Shown here: positions 28,697 to 38,052 of the stretch, in pieces
Layout of the letters: every line of letters begins with the position of its first letter
Numbering within the stretch: position 1 is the stretch's first letter
NCBI GenBank assembly: GCA_011523185.1
Contig: WTHI01000122.1
Span: 39,962-99,855, forward strand
From: Methanobacteriota archaeon
GTDB taxonomy: Archaea; Thermoplasmatota; Poseidoniia; Poseidoniales; Thalassarchaeaceae
Reading direction: 5' to 3'
DNA: 59,894 bases
Notes under the pieces: generated by a model
Told to the model about the DNA's origin: nothing
The model's input: the letters and a program-made list of their open reading frames with translations, nothing else
The model's database searches: none
Program-made: the position numbers and the translations under genes

Positions 28697-30181
28697 ATGA
28701 TGAAGCGACACTGGAGGGCAGTCTTGCTGTCACTTTCAGCATTGCTTTTGCTTTGCAATAGTGTTCAAGCAGAAACTTCCAACGATGATGATCCTGCCTT
28801 AATCAGTATTGATATCGAAAACGGATACCATTCATTCGAATCGATCACTTTTTCAGGAATCATAGAAGATGATGAACGACCCCAAGATGTATTTTGGCGG
28901 GTATCTAAGGATGGTACAGAATTCGATGGCGGGGATTTGCTGAGTTCTTTGATTGAAATCACATCTACAAGTAGTAGAGAACAATGGTCTTGGTCCTTTG
29001 AGTTGACTTTCTCCGCTACCGGCGAGTGTGCATGTTATGTTAGTGTTCATTCAATAGATGATTATGGATTAGAAATTGTAGAGACTAGAGTGGTATTTAT
29101 GGTTGAAGAAAACTCAACCGGTTTGATTGGATTTTTGTTAGATACAGATCAATCTGGAGATTTGATAGATTCTTCTCTTCAAATTAGTGGTTGGCTTGGT
29201 ACTTATCCAAATGGTGGAGTTAATCTAGAAATCTCAGGTTCTTTGGCGCAGGGACTAATCCAATCATCTCATATTCCTCAATCATCAGTTTGCAATGAAG
29301 CATCCATAACTGATGAAGTATACGAACTCCCATCTGGAGATTTTGAGATAACTTGGGATATTTCTGCCAAATTAGACGGTTGGATGGAAATAATACTAAT
29401 TGGCTGTCCATCGATCAATTCTGCTCCCACGGGGGCTAGCCATGAATTTTCTATTCGTGTAAATAACCAACCACCAGTAATCAAAATATCGGGGATTGAA
29501 TATGCAGTAGAGGACGATATCTGGCATACATTCGACGCGACCTTAACTGAGGACCCGTATTGGGGAAGAACGGAAATGTACTTTGTTTGGACTCTAAGAA
29601 GACCTTCTCACTCTGGCAATCTTCCAATCGATGTACAAATGGGTGAAGACCTCAATACATATTCTATCTCAGGGGCGCAATCTGGAAACTACACCCTTAG
29701 TTTAACCGTCTATGATAAAGGAGGCTTATCATCAGATCAAATGGTAAACTTAGACATCAAGAATACAGTTCCTACCGCATCGCTGGTTATTGATGGCGAA
29801 ACCATTTCCGACGGTCAAGAAGTTAGGGTTTCAAATCCCTCTGATATAAAATTAGACGCGACCGGAAGTTCCGACACAGCAAATGATGATTCCAGTTTGA
29901 GATGTATTTGGTTATTGGATAATTCTCCCCTTTATGAGGGGTGTAACCGAGAATTTTCTTGGACTGAGGTTGAAGAATATCGCGCCATTCTTACTCTGGA
30001 AGTGATTGACGATGATGGCGAATTCGCAACGATTTCTGTAATTTTAATTCATCCAGATGAAGTCAAGCCATTCCCAATCGCTTTGGTGGCCTTCGCATTT
30101 AGCGCATTGTTCCTAACATATGCCTTAGTTAACCGATTCCGAGGGAATAGTGAACGATCAATACCGAAGTGGAAATCCTGA
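28697..30181 (+). CDS. Secreted Ig/PKD-domain protein with C-terminal TM anchor
   Basis: Signal peptide; NNQPP, FDA..T.D, GNYTLSLTV.D, LDATGSSD PKD-like repeats; C-terminal TM. Confidence 0.75.
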   Translation: MMKRHWRAVLLSLSALLLLCNSVQAETSNDDDPALISIDIENGYHSFESITFSGIIEDDERPQDVFWRVSKDGTEFDGGDLLSSLIEITSTSSREQWSWSFELTFSATGECACYVSVHSIDDYGLEIVETRVVFMVEENSTGLIGFLLDTDQSGDLIDSSLQISGWLGTYPNGGVNLEISGSLAQGLIQSSHIPQSSVCNEASITDEVYELPSGDFEITWDISAKLDGWMEIILIGCPSINSAPTGASHEFSIRVNNQPPVIKISGIEYAVEDDIWHTFDATLTEDPYWGRTEMYFVWTLRRPSHSGNLPIDVQMGEDLNTYSISGAQSGNYTLSLTVYDKGGLSSDQMVNLDIKNTVPTASLVIDGETISDGQEVRVSNPSDIKLDATGSSDTANDDSSLRCIWLLDNSPLYEGCNREFSWTEVEEYRAILTLEVIDDDGEFATISVILIHPDEVKPFPIALVAFAFSALFLTYALVNRFRGNSERSIPKWKS

Positions 30182-30248
30182 TTTCGTACTTTTTTTGTAA
30201 ATTATTTTCATCCCACAGTCCTAAGAATAACTTGCTTCTCGGCGAAGC

Positions 30249-31604
30249 GTGGACAGTATGGCTAGGCTACCTTTCTCGGAGTCAGAATACAGAGGACGTC
30301 AGTCTAGATTCCTCGACAAGATTCCTCACGATTGTTTAGTTCTCATCCCAACTAATCCAGCTTCTATTCGCTCTAATGACGTTCACTATCCATTCCGAGC
30401 TAGTTCCTACATGCTATACCTCTGTGGTTGGTCCGAACCTGAGTCCGTATTAATGGCAAAGCATAACGGAAAAAATTGGGTTGTGTCATTATTTGTCCAA
30501 CCAAACGATACAACCGCAGAAATTTGGGAAGGCCGAAGAATTGGCATAGAAGGCGCATCATCAGGATGGCCGATTGATGAAGCCTATTCTCTACTAGAGA
30601 TGAATGAAATTGTTACTGATTCGTTGAAAAAATCAAATGGGGTGTACTTGATTCAAAATCTGAATGCAGATATTGACCAAATTGTCAACGATTCTCTAAC
30701 CTCAAAGAGTAGACAAAGAAATACCTACGGAATGGGTCCAATTAGTCTAGTAGATCCTTCCTCACTCCTAGACGAAATGCGAATTTGTAAATCTCAGGAA
30801 GAGATTGGTATTATGCAAAAGTCTGCTGATTTAGCCTCTATGGCACATTCTATTGCAATGAAAAAGAGCCATACCGGGATCGGAGAATGGGAAATTCAGT
30901 CCATAATCGAGGGTTGTTTTCAATCGAATGGTTCTCAATGGAGTTACCCCTCCATTGTTGGTGGTGGTGACAACGCTACAATTCTACACTACCATGCTAA
31001 CAACGAACCCGTTTCGGATGGAGAGTTAGTTCTCGTAGACGCTGGTTGCGAGGTTGAAGGCTATGCTTCTGATATTACAAGAACCTGGCCAGTTAATGGT
31101 AAATTTACTGAGCCTCAAAGAGAGATATACAATCTGGTTCTAGAGGCAGAAATTGCGGGAATTGAAGCTTGTCAGGTGGGTGCGCCATGGAACGCATCTC
31201 ACAAAGCGACTATGGAAGTAATTTCCAGAGGTCTGATTGAATTAGGTATACTGAATTGTACATTTGAAGAAGCCATGGGTGAAGATTTAGACGGCAAAAC
31301 CCGTCAGTTCTTCATGCATGGAACTAGTCATTCATTAGGTCTGGATGTTCATGACGTCGGAGTAACTAGGCCTGGTGGAAAGGGCGATGGTAGGTTACTA
31401 GAGGAAGGCATGGTTCTAACTGTCGAACCAGGGGTATATTTCGCCTCATGGAGGGAGGATGTCGAAATCCCTGAGAGATACTCCGGAATTGGAATTCGTA
31501 TCGAAGACGACGTATTAATCACCAAGAATGGACCTGTTGTCTTAACTTCTAACTGCCCTAAGGAAATTACAGAAATCGAAACATTGGTTGGCTCAGGGTT
31601 GTGA
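30249..31604 (+). CDS. pepP: Xaa-Pro aminopeptidase (M24B)
   Basis: LHY, DAGCE..GYASDITRT, HSLGLDVHD, TVEPG, GIRIEDD. Confidence 0.95.
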   Translation: MDSMARLPFSESEYRGRQSRFLDKIPHDCLVLIPTNPASIRSNDVHYPFRASSYMLYLCGWSEPESVLMAKHNGKNWVVSLFVQPNDTTAEIWEGRRIGIEGASSGWPIDEAYSLLEMNEIVTDSLKKSNGVYLIQNLNADIDQIVNDSLTSKSRQRNTYGMGPISLVDPSSLLDEMRICKSQEEIGIMQKSADLASMAHSIAMKKSHTGIGEWEIQSIIEGCFQSNGSQWSYPSIVGGGDNATILHYHANNEPVSDGELVLVDAGCEVEGYASDITRTWPVNGKFTEPQREIYNLVLEAEIAGIEACQVGAPWNASHKATMEVISRGLIELGILNCTFEEAMGEDLDGKTRQFFMHGTSHSLGLDVHDVGVTRPGGKGDGRLLEEGMVLTVEPGVYFASWREDVEIPERYSGIGIRIEDDVLITKNGPVVLTSNCPKEITEIETLVGSGL

Positions 31605-32778
31605 TTGTTTGGCCGCTTGGCAAGAAATTCTTGAAACTCAATTAAGTGAAAACCCTCCTCGACTTTCTGTTGAGGAAGCCACAATTCTCTACGACCAAGC
31701 AGATCAAAACGAATTATTGCACGCTGGATTATTGATGCGTAGAAAGAGAGTTCCGGGAAATAAGGTAACATATCTTGTTGATCGAAATGTCAACTACACT
31801 AATGTATGTACTATAAATTGCCAATTTTGTTCTTTCTATCGTCCCCCAGGGCATGAAGAGACTTACACTCAATCCGTAGACCAAATTAGTGCTAGATTTG
31901 CCGAGTTAGAAAATATCGGTGGCACACGCGTGTTAATGCAAGGCGGGGTCAACCCTGATTTACCTATGGAGTGGTACACGAATTTGATTAGCCAATTAAG
32001 GGAAAGGCATCCAACTATCGCTTTGGATTGTTTTTCTCCTATCGAGATTGAAGGGATTGCAGAAGTTTGTCAAACATCTACCAAAGAGGTACTAGAACAA
32101 TTGAAGGATGCAGGAATGCATGGCTTACCAGGCGGTGGAGCAGAAATGCTGGTTGACGATGTCCGCCTAGACATCTCTCCAAAGAAAGGTAGCTCGGAAA
32201 ATTGGCTAAGAGTTATGGAAGAAGCACAACATCTTGGACTAACAACATCTGCAACGAATGTCATTGGTTTTGGTGAGAATAATTCACACCGTGTTCAACA
32301 TATGGATAGAATACGAAGACTACAAGACAGAAGTTTAGCAGACGGATTGATTGGATTTACATCATTCATAGCATGGCCTGTTCAATTAGAAAACAATACA
32401 TTTGGTAAAAGGAATAAGGGTCAAAATAGAATTCAATTAGGAGCTGGTGCACATGAATATCTTCGTCATGTTGCTGTTGCTCGTTTGTTTTTCGATAATA
32501 TTACCCACATTCAAGCTTCTTGGCCTACAATGGGGATGGGTATAGCCCAACTAGCCCTATTTGCGGGAGCAGATGACGCGGGCTCTACAATGATGGAGGA
32601 AAATGTCGTTTCTGCTTCCGGCACCACAAAGACTCTAGCAGGAGAAGATGAATTACAGAGGGTAATTTCGCGTGCAGGATTCATACCACAAAAACGAGAT
32701 TCAGATTACAAACATCTCGAAACTGAAATTCTTACCGAGAGTAATTTAGCCAGCCCTCCACCCTTACAACCTGTTTGA
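31588..32778 (+). CDS. mqnC: Radical SAM CofH/MqnC family, probably cyclic dehypoxanthine futalosine synthase
   Basis: RNVNYTNVCTINCQFC, LMQGG, PGGGAE, HIQASW, GSTMMEENVV. Confidence 0.8.
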   Translation: MAQGCDCLAAWQEILETQLSENPPRLSVEEATILYDQADQNELLHAGLLMRRKRVPGNKVTYLVDRNVNYTNVCTINCQFCSFYRPPGHEETYTQSVDQISARFAELENIGGTRVLMQGGVNPDLPMEWYTNLISQLRERHPTIALDCFSPIEIEGIAEVCQTSTKEVLEQLKDAGMHGLPGGGAEMLVDDVRLDISPKKGSSENWLRVMEEAQHLGLTTSATNVIGFGENNSHRVQHMDRIRRLQDRSLADGLIGFTSFIAWPVQLENNTFGKRNKGQNRIQLGAGAHEYLRHVAVARLFFDNITHIQASWPTMGMGIAQLALFAGADDAGSTMMEENVVSASGTTKTLAGEDELQRVISRAGFIPQKRDSDYKHLETEILTESNLASPPPLQPV

Positions 32779-33852
32779 TTATTCCTTAGAATCTTCAGAC
32801 CTAGCCGCCCTAAGTGGTAGATTATCAATCAATATTTTGTTATCAGTTTGGGGCATAATAATCGGACTGACCCACCTTAACCTCATGCCTTGCCAAAGTA
32901 CGTGCAAATGAATCTCCCAATGTAATGCAATCACCGAGGAATAAATTGTACCCGGCCATCTCTCTTCAGGCCCATTCAATCTGATAGGTAATTCATTACT
33001 TGTTTCCAAAGCCCCTCTCGATCTTACCCTCATCGGTTCCAATAGTAGGATTCGAGAATAATCAACCGCTAGAGGTGTTGATTCACCTACCCCGGTCCCA
33101 TGTTCTTCTCCACCTGTCAGTCTCTTTTCTGGTAAAGCGGTTGACATACCCGGAGGGGGTTGATTCCCCTCTGGTCGATTGGATGACTTTAACATTGTTT
33201 TTCTTTCAGGCACGGCGACACCGGCTTGTATTCTAGCTGCAGAAAATTGCACCTCTTCAGGCAAATACATTTGTGCAATTTCCACCCACCCATCGCCAAT
33301 CGATAATTCAAATTCGGGGTCACCCAATGGAGAATTAATGTAGGTATTTTGTCTATTAATATCTCTAGAATTGGCGTAAATTCTGATGATTATTGGTAAT
33401 ACAAATATTGGAAATGTAATGAATAATAATTTTGGATAATCCAGTGGTCCTATTTTGTAAGATCCTTGAGTTAGCCATGATAGTAATGGCACATCTCCTA
33501 AAGCCGGGGCTATAGCGTGTAGAAACAGGGAGAAAATTAACAAAATTACGGTTGGGGCGATAAATTTCCTAGCAACTGCATGTAATGGATCAGGTTCAAT
33601 GTACCAGCCATTTCTTGTTCTCATGAGGAATGGTAATGTCGCAGTAGTTGTGACTGATTGAATTCTTGGTAGGTTGAGGTCTTTTTCTGTTAGCTCCCTC
33701 CATTCTACCAACCAACCAGATTCTGTACCAATTTTGAAGGGAGTTGGGGGTTGGGAATTTGATTCGAGAATTACTTCTGTGATTGGTATTGATTCAGGGT
33801 CTATATTTGTATGATCAAATGGGGGGTATCTGATTCTTTGGACGGATTCCAA
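32779..33852 (-). CDS. Two-TM membrane protein of unknown function
   Basis: 357-aa ORF tightly following the geranylgeranyl reductase gene. Confidence 0.7.
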   Translation of the reverse strand: MESVQRIRYPPFDHTNIDPESIPITEVILESNSQPPTPFKIGTESGWLVEWRELTEKDLNLPRIQSVTTTATLPFLMRTRNGWYIEPDPLHAVARKFIAPTVILLIFSLFLHAIAPALGDVPLLSWLTQGSYKIGPLDYPKLLFITFPIFVLPIIIRIYANSRDINRQNTYINSPLGDPEFELSIGDGWVEIAQMYLPEEVQFSAARIQAGVAVPERKTMLKSSNRPEGNQPPPGMSTALPEKRLTGGEEHGTGVGESTPLAVDYSRILLLEPMRVRSRGALETSNELPIRLNGPEERWPGTIYSSVIALHWEIHLHVLWQGMRLRWVSPIIMPQTDNKILIDNLPLRAARSEDSKE

Positions 33853-33856
33853 ATTT

Positions 33857-35065
33857 TCACCCCCAAATTAATGCAGCAGCCGCTTTTGAAGCTAGACGGC
33901 GGAATTCCGGGACATCTTTCAACATCTTCATGCCCAGTGGGATTGGATTATCTATATCTCCTAGTTGATTGATTAAATCAATCACCTCTGGTTGCGACCA
34001 AACTGAAAATAATTCATCCAGTTCTTCATCCGTTGATTCTGTTAAAAATACGTTTCTCAATGCTCTAGACTTGTTTTGATTCCGCCTAAGTGTAGATATT
34101 GTATCATTCAAATTCTTCACAGTAGATGGGGTGAAAGCATTGGTCGAGATAGCTTCTACTAATTTCGGGAGCATTAAATCAACTTGCTCGAATCCTTTTC
34201 CTATTCCACCTCCAGTTGTAGGTTTGCAAAGACCTGCGGCATCTCCGAATACCGCTACACGGTCAATCACAGGTTTGTGGATTATGCCAGAAGGAACAGG
34301 TCCACAATACCTACCTACCTCTTTACAATTGGAGAATCTCTGTTTCCATTTTGAGGATTTCATTAATACCTGCAATAAATCCTCACAGGATTCCTCGCCT
34401 AATTTGTTCGGTAAAGACCAGTTTCCTATCCTTGTTGTATTACCTGAAGGAATTGCCCAAGCGAAAAATCCGGGAGCGAATTCATCGCCTGTAAAGAGGT
34501 CGAGCCTTCCTTCCTCCCCAGGATACCCGGTCACCTCAATCTGGAACCCAATCAACAATTCTTTGGGTCGGCCCATTTTGAAGGTCCTACGTACCCAGGA
34601 ATGAGCACCATCAGCCCCACAAAGCATACGGCATTGGAATTGTTTTATTTCGCCATTTATGTCTAATGAAATCTCCACTCCAGAGTTCGTGACATTAGCG
34701 CTAACTGGCTTTGATGACAACAATAAATCGGCACCCGAATCAAGGCTAAGTTGGACCACTCTTTCATCAAACAATTTACGGCAAACCGACCAAGTTCTGG
34801 TTGTATTTGGGTCTCCGATTACAATTTCCGTACCAGATGGGCTGTACATCCTAGCGCCCCAAATTCTTGTCAGTACTGTATCATATGCCCCAATCCTATC
34901 CATCGCTGATGGATTTACCATTCCAGCACATTGGAATGGCCTGCCAATCTCAGCGTGTTCTTCGACAAGGAGAACACTCAACCCCTTCTCTGTTAACTTC
35001 CAGGCGAGATATCCGCCTACAGGGCCGGCACCAATTACAATAACATCGTAAATGTCTCTAATCAA
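33857..35065 (-). CDS. Geranylgeranyl reductase family FAD oxidoreductase
   Basis: GAGPVG, CAG, GADG, FAWAIP, GDAAGLCKPTTGGGI. Confidence 0.9.
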   Translation of the reverse strand: MIRDIYDVIVIGAGPVGGYLAWKLTEKGLSVLLVEEHAEIGRPFQCAGMVNPSAMDRIGAYDTVLTRIWGARMYSPSGTEIVIGDPNTTRTWSVCRKLFDERVVQLSLDSGADLLLSSKPVSANVTNSGVEISLDINGEIKQFQCRMLCGADGAHSWVRRTFKMGRPKELLIGFQIEVTGYPGEEGRLDLFTGDEFAPGFFAWAIPSGNTTRIGNWSLPNKLGEESCEDLLQVLMKSSKWKQRFSNCKEVGRYCGPVPSGIIHKPVIDRVAVFGDAAGLCKPTTGGGIGKGFEQVDLMLPKLVEAISTNAFTPSTVKNLNDTISTLRRNQNKSRALRNVFLTESTDEELDELFSVWSQPEVIDLINQLGDIDNPIPLGMKMLKDVPEFRRLASKAAAALIWG

Positions 35066-35121
35066 GTGCTACCCCCCTAGTCTAGGGTCCCAGGTAGTAT
35101 TAGCGCATAGAACAAAAGATA

Positions 35122-37407
35122 TCATTTCTTTTGTTGACGCTTTCGTGATTGAATCATCTTTTTCATTGTACCAATTAAGCCACTAGCTTCATTTTTGGTA
35201 ATCTCATCGATAGTGGTTACTTCGCCAATAGCCATTGCATCCTCAATACTAATTTCTAAATTTTCAGACATTGATTTGATTGTTGCAACTTGCTTTTCTG
35301 TAGCTGGAGAATCTTTGTCTATTCCAATCAATTTATTGATCAACGAACTTGCGGTTCCGTCTCTACCACCTGTTAACTCATCCAAATCATTGTGACCAAG
35401 TTCCGTTAATATTGGTTCCAAATCAACAGAGTTTTTGTCGGCCAATCTAATGATTAGTGCCATTTGTTTTTCACTAGGTGGAATGTCTCCATCGCTGGAG
35501 TTGTTGAGTTCTTCAATTATTCTTCTTGCATCTTCTCCGGTGAGTTCATCGATATTTTTACCTTGGAACAAATCTGATTTTGAGTCATCTGACATTCTCG
35601 AGGTTCTATTAATGATGAAATTAAGTTGCTTAACTGTGGGTTTTCGTTTTCTTAACTCTAATGCGATATTATGCATATTTCTAAAGTCTGTAACAAATTT
35701 ATGCCAAACTATGGCACCACTGGTGTCTCCATCTTCTACCTCATCTAAACTAGATTCCATTAATGCTGTGAATCGCGGGGTGAATAAACCCTCAGATATT
35801 GTTCCGGACGAGTTCTCATCCGACCCATAAAATGGCACCACCTCAATCCATAACAATCTACCCTGATCGGTTGGAATGAGGGATGAACCCTCCTTGTCGA
35901 CATAGCCTCTATCTACTAGTTTACCGACTGTAGTCAGATATGTTGACGGCCTACCTATGTCTGCTTTCTTCATTTCTTGAATTATCGAACTTTCAGTAAA
36001 TCTCCTAGGTGGCTTGGTTTCGTCAGACGTCAATAACGGGTTTTCCTCATTCGAAGTAAATCCCCAAGTTGTGCCTAATTCGAAACCAACCGCTGGTGGT
36101 TCTGTTTTAACATCTTTATTTGCGGAGTAGACAGCTTCCCATCCCGCATGAATTCGCCATGAACTGGTCCCATACAATTGCAATTCAAGGTCTGAGGCCT
36201 TTGCAACTAAATCCCTTCTTTCTCGTACGGAATCGGACATTTGACTTGCAGCAAATCTACCCCAAATCAATCTGTATAACGATTGTTGATCGGCATCAAC
36301 ATCTGTTAATGTCTTGACTTCAGGTTGTGTCGGTCTAATGGCTTCGTGAGCATCCTGTACATTGCTTGCGCCCTTTTTCGCATCCGGTCCTAGCGCCCCA
36401 GAACCTAGGTGGTTAGAGCCGTATTCCTTTTCTATCAAAGATCTAATTCTATCTCTGGCCGCTTTACTTGTACGTGTAGAATCTGTTCGAATGTAAGTTA
36501 TGTGTCCCGATTGATACAATGCTGTAGCGACACGATTAGTTCTACCAATAGACCACCCCATCCTTCCATTGGCAGCTCTTAACATAGATTCTGTCGTAAA
36601 CGGAGGTTGAGGTTTCCTGTTGGTCTTACCTTCCTTGACGGATTCTAAAACCAATCCATCGGAATGGCGAATTTTTTCCATTGCACTTTCGGCTAATTCT
36701 CCATCGAATGTTCTGTCTGGGTGATGTTTTCCATCATCGTCTTTCCAAGCACCTTCGTCATCTTTCTCATGGAATCTAACTTTGAAAGAAACACCATTCG
36801 AATCTACCTTAATTGAGTGATATGGAATGGGCACGTGTGCATCCCTTTCAAGTTCCCTTTCGACAATGAATCCAAGGGTGGGGGTTTGAACACGCCCCAT
36901 TGAAGCTAAGTTCCAGGAACGACTAAATCTTGAACAACGAAAACCTACCAACCTGTCCATGAACCTTCTGACCTTAGCGGCATCGACGAGATCCATGTCG
37001 ATATCTCTGGGTGATTCTATTGCTTCCTGTACTGCAGAATTAGTAATTTCATTGAATGACACACGATAGATTGAATCGTAATCACTGAAGATTTCTTGTA
37101 ATCTCCATGCAATAAATTCCCCTTCTCTATCTGGGTCGGTGGCGATGTAGATTTCTTCTACTGAATTCGTTTGGGCTTTTTTTCTTAATTTGGAGATAAT
37201 TTTCTCTGCTCTATCTGTATAGCTCCAAGGTGGATTCGGTAATTCTCCTTCCTTAGAAGACCACATTGCTTTGTTATCTTGCTTTGTGCCTCCTCGGGTT
37301 GGTAAATCTTGTACATGGCCATTACAGGCATCGACAATCCAACCCTTACCGAGATATTTTTTGATCGTACGGGCCTTTGCCCCTGATTCCAAAATCATGA
37401 ACTTCAA
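35122..37407 (-). CDS. topA: DNA topoisomerase type IA
   Basis: TOPRIM motifs ES..KA and ATDPDREGE, GRVQTP, catalytic ITYIRTD, DAHEAIRPT, IGRPST. Confidence 0.95.
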   Translation of the reverse strand: MKFMILESGAKARTIKKYLGKGWIVDACNGHVQDLPTRGGTKQDNKAMWSSKEGELPNPPWSYTDRAEKIISKLRKKAQTNSVEEIYIATDPDREGEFIAWRLQEIFSDYDSIYRVSFNEITNSAVQEAIESPRDIDMDLVDAAKVRRFMDRLVGFRCSRFSRSWNLASMGRVQTPTLGFIVERELERDAHVPIPYHSIKVDSNGVSFKVRFHEKDDEGAWKDDDGKHHPDRTFDGELAESAMEKIRHSDGLVLESVKEGKTNRKPQPPFTTESMLRAANGRMGWSIGRTNRVATALYQSGHITYIRTDSTRTSKAARDRIRSLIEKEYGSNHLGSGALGPDAKKGASNVQDAHEAIRPTQPEVKTLTDVDADQQSLYRLIWGRFAASQMSDSVRERRDLVAKASDLELQLYGTSSWRIHAGWEAVYSANKDVKTEPPAVGFELGTTWGFTSNEENPLLTSDETKPPRRFTESSIIQEMKKADIGRPSTYLTTVGKLVDRGYVDKEGSSLIPTDQGRLLWIEVVPFYGSDENSSGTISEGLFTPRFTALMESSLDEVEDGDTSGAIVWHKFVTDFRNMHNIALELRKRKPTVKQLNFIINRTSRMSDDSKSDLFQGKNIDELTGEDARRIIEELNNSSDGDIPPSEKQMALIIRLADKNSVDLEPILTELGHNDLDELTGGRDGTASSLINKLIGIDKDSPATEKQVATIKSMSENLEISIEDAMAIGEVTTIDEITKNEASGLIGTMKKMIQSRKRQQKK

Positions 37408-37481
37408 TTAATCACACTCGACATTGCGGTTCGCCATCAGATATTGGCTTACCACGTTTCCTCGTGGCGTCATGAACCCTG

Positions 37482-37487
37482 TATAAA
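37482..37487 (-). promoter_or_regulatory. Putative TATA box (TTTATA) of topA
   Basis: Best TATA-like hexamer in the intergenic region, 75 bp upstream of the start codon. Confidence 0.5.
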
Positions 37488-37513
37488 CGTGAGTAAGGAT
37501 AGAGCGATGCAAG

Positions 37514-37561
37514 GCGCGCGTGCGCGCGTGCCTGTGGCGCACGCGGATGCGCGCGTACGCG
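37514..37561. other. Alternating purine-pyrimidine (CG/CA/TG) tract, Z-DNA prone and able to form a hairpin
   Basis: GCGCGCGTGCGCGCGTGC (18 bp), GCGCACGCG (9 bp), ATGCGCGCGTACGCG (15 bp). Confidence 0.75.
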
Positions 37562-37594
37562 AGAAAGCGCAAGATATCAGAATGGAATGTATTC

Positions 37595-37999
37595 TCAATA
37601 GTACAATTCTCTGATAGCCATTTCATTCCATGGAGTTTCGGCATCTGAACCGCCACAACCTGCGCAGGCAGGGTAGCCTGCTGATGCCAAAGCAATAACT
37701 TCCTCAATCAAAATATCAAATCCTCTTTGCAAATCCAATGGCACCCATACTTCGGAATATGCAGGAGCTTCTATGCCTATTATGCCTCCAGATTCCCCAA
37801 TATTAGTAACGGTGATATTGTTTAATTCATGGGTCTTAAATTCAATACCAAAATACAAACTAGGTGATAAATCAGAGATTCTTATTCCTAAGCTTTCATC
37901 TCTTTCAATATGACTAGGTAGAGAGAATATTACTCCTCTTGATCTAAGGATTCTTCGTGCAAGTTCCCGTACTGAGCGAGTACACAAATCTGCATCCAT
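37595..37999 (-). CDS. Hypothetical protein with C-terminal CxxC
   Basis: ORF; start set at ATG 37999 to avoid overlap with pyrD; GYPACAGCGG. Confidence 0.65.
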   Translation of the reverse strand: MDADLCTRSVRELARRILRSRGVIFSLPSHIERDESLGIRISDLSPSLYFGIEFKTHELNNITVTNIGESGGIIGIEAPAYSEVWVPLDLQRGFDILIEEVIALASAGYPACAGCGGSDAETPWNEMAIRELYY

Positions 38000-38052
38000 G
38001 CAACCCGTACCACCCACAAGACTTGAAGGATGCCTCATCAGCCGGCTGTAGG

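Noticed and set aside
37408..37707. 99-aa minus-strand ORF containing ARIRVRHRHARTRA
   Set aside because: It is the translation of the alternating CG tract, overlaps another gene and has no protein-like features.
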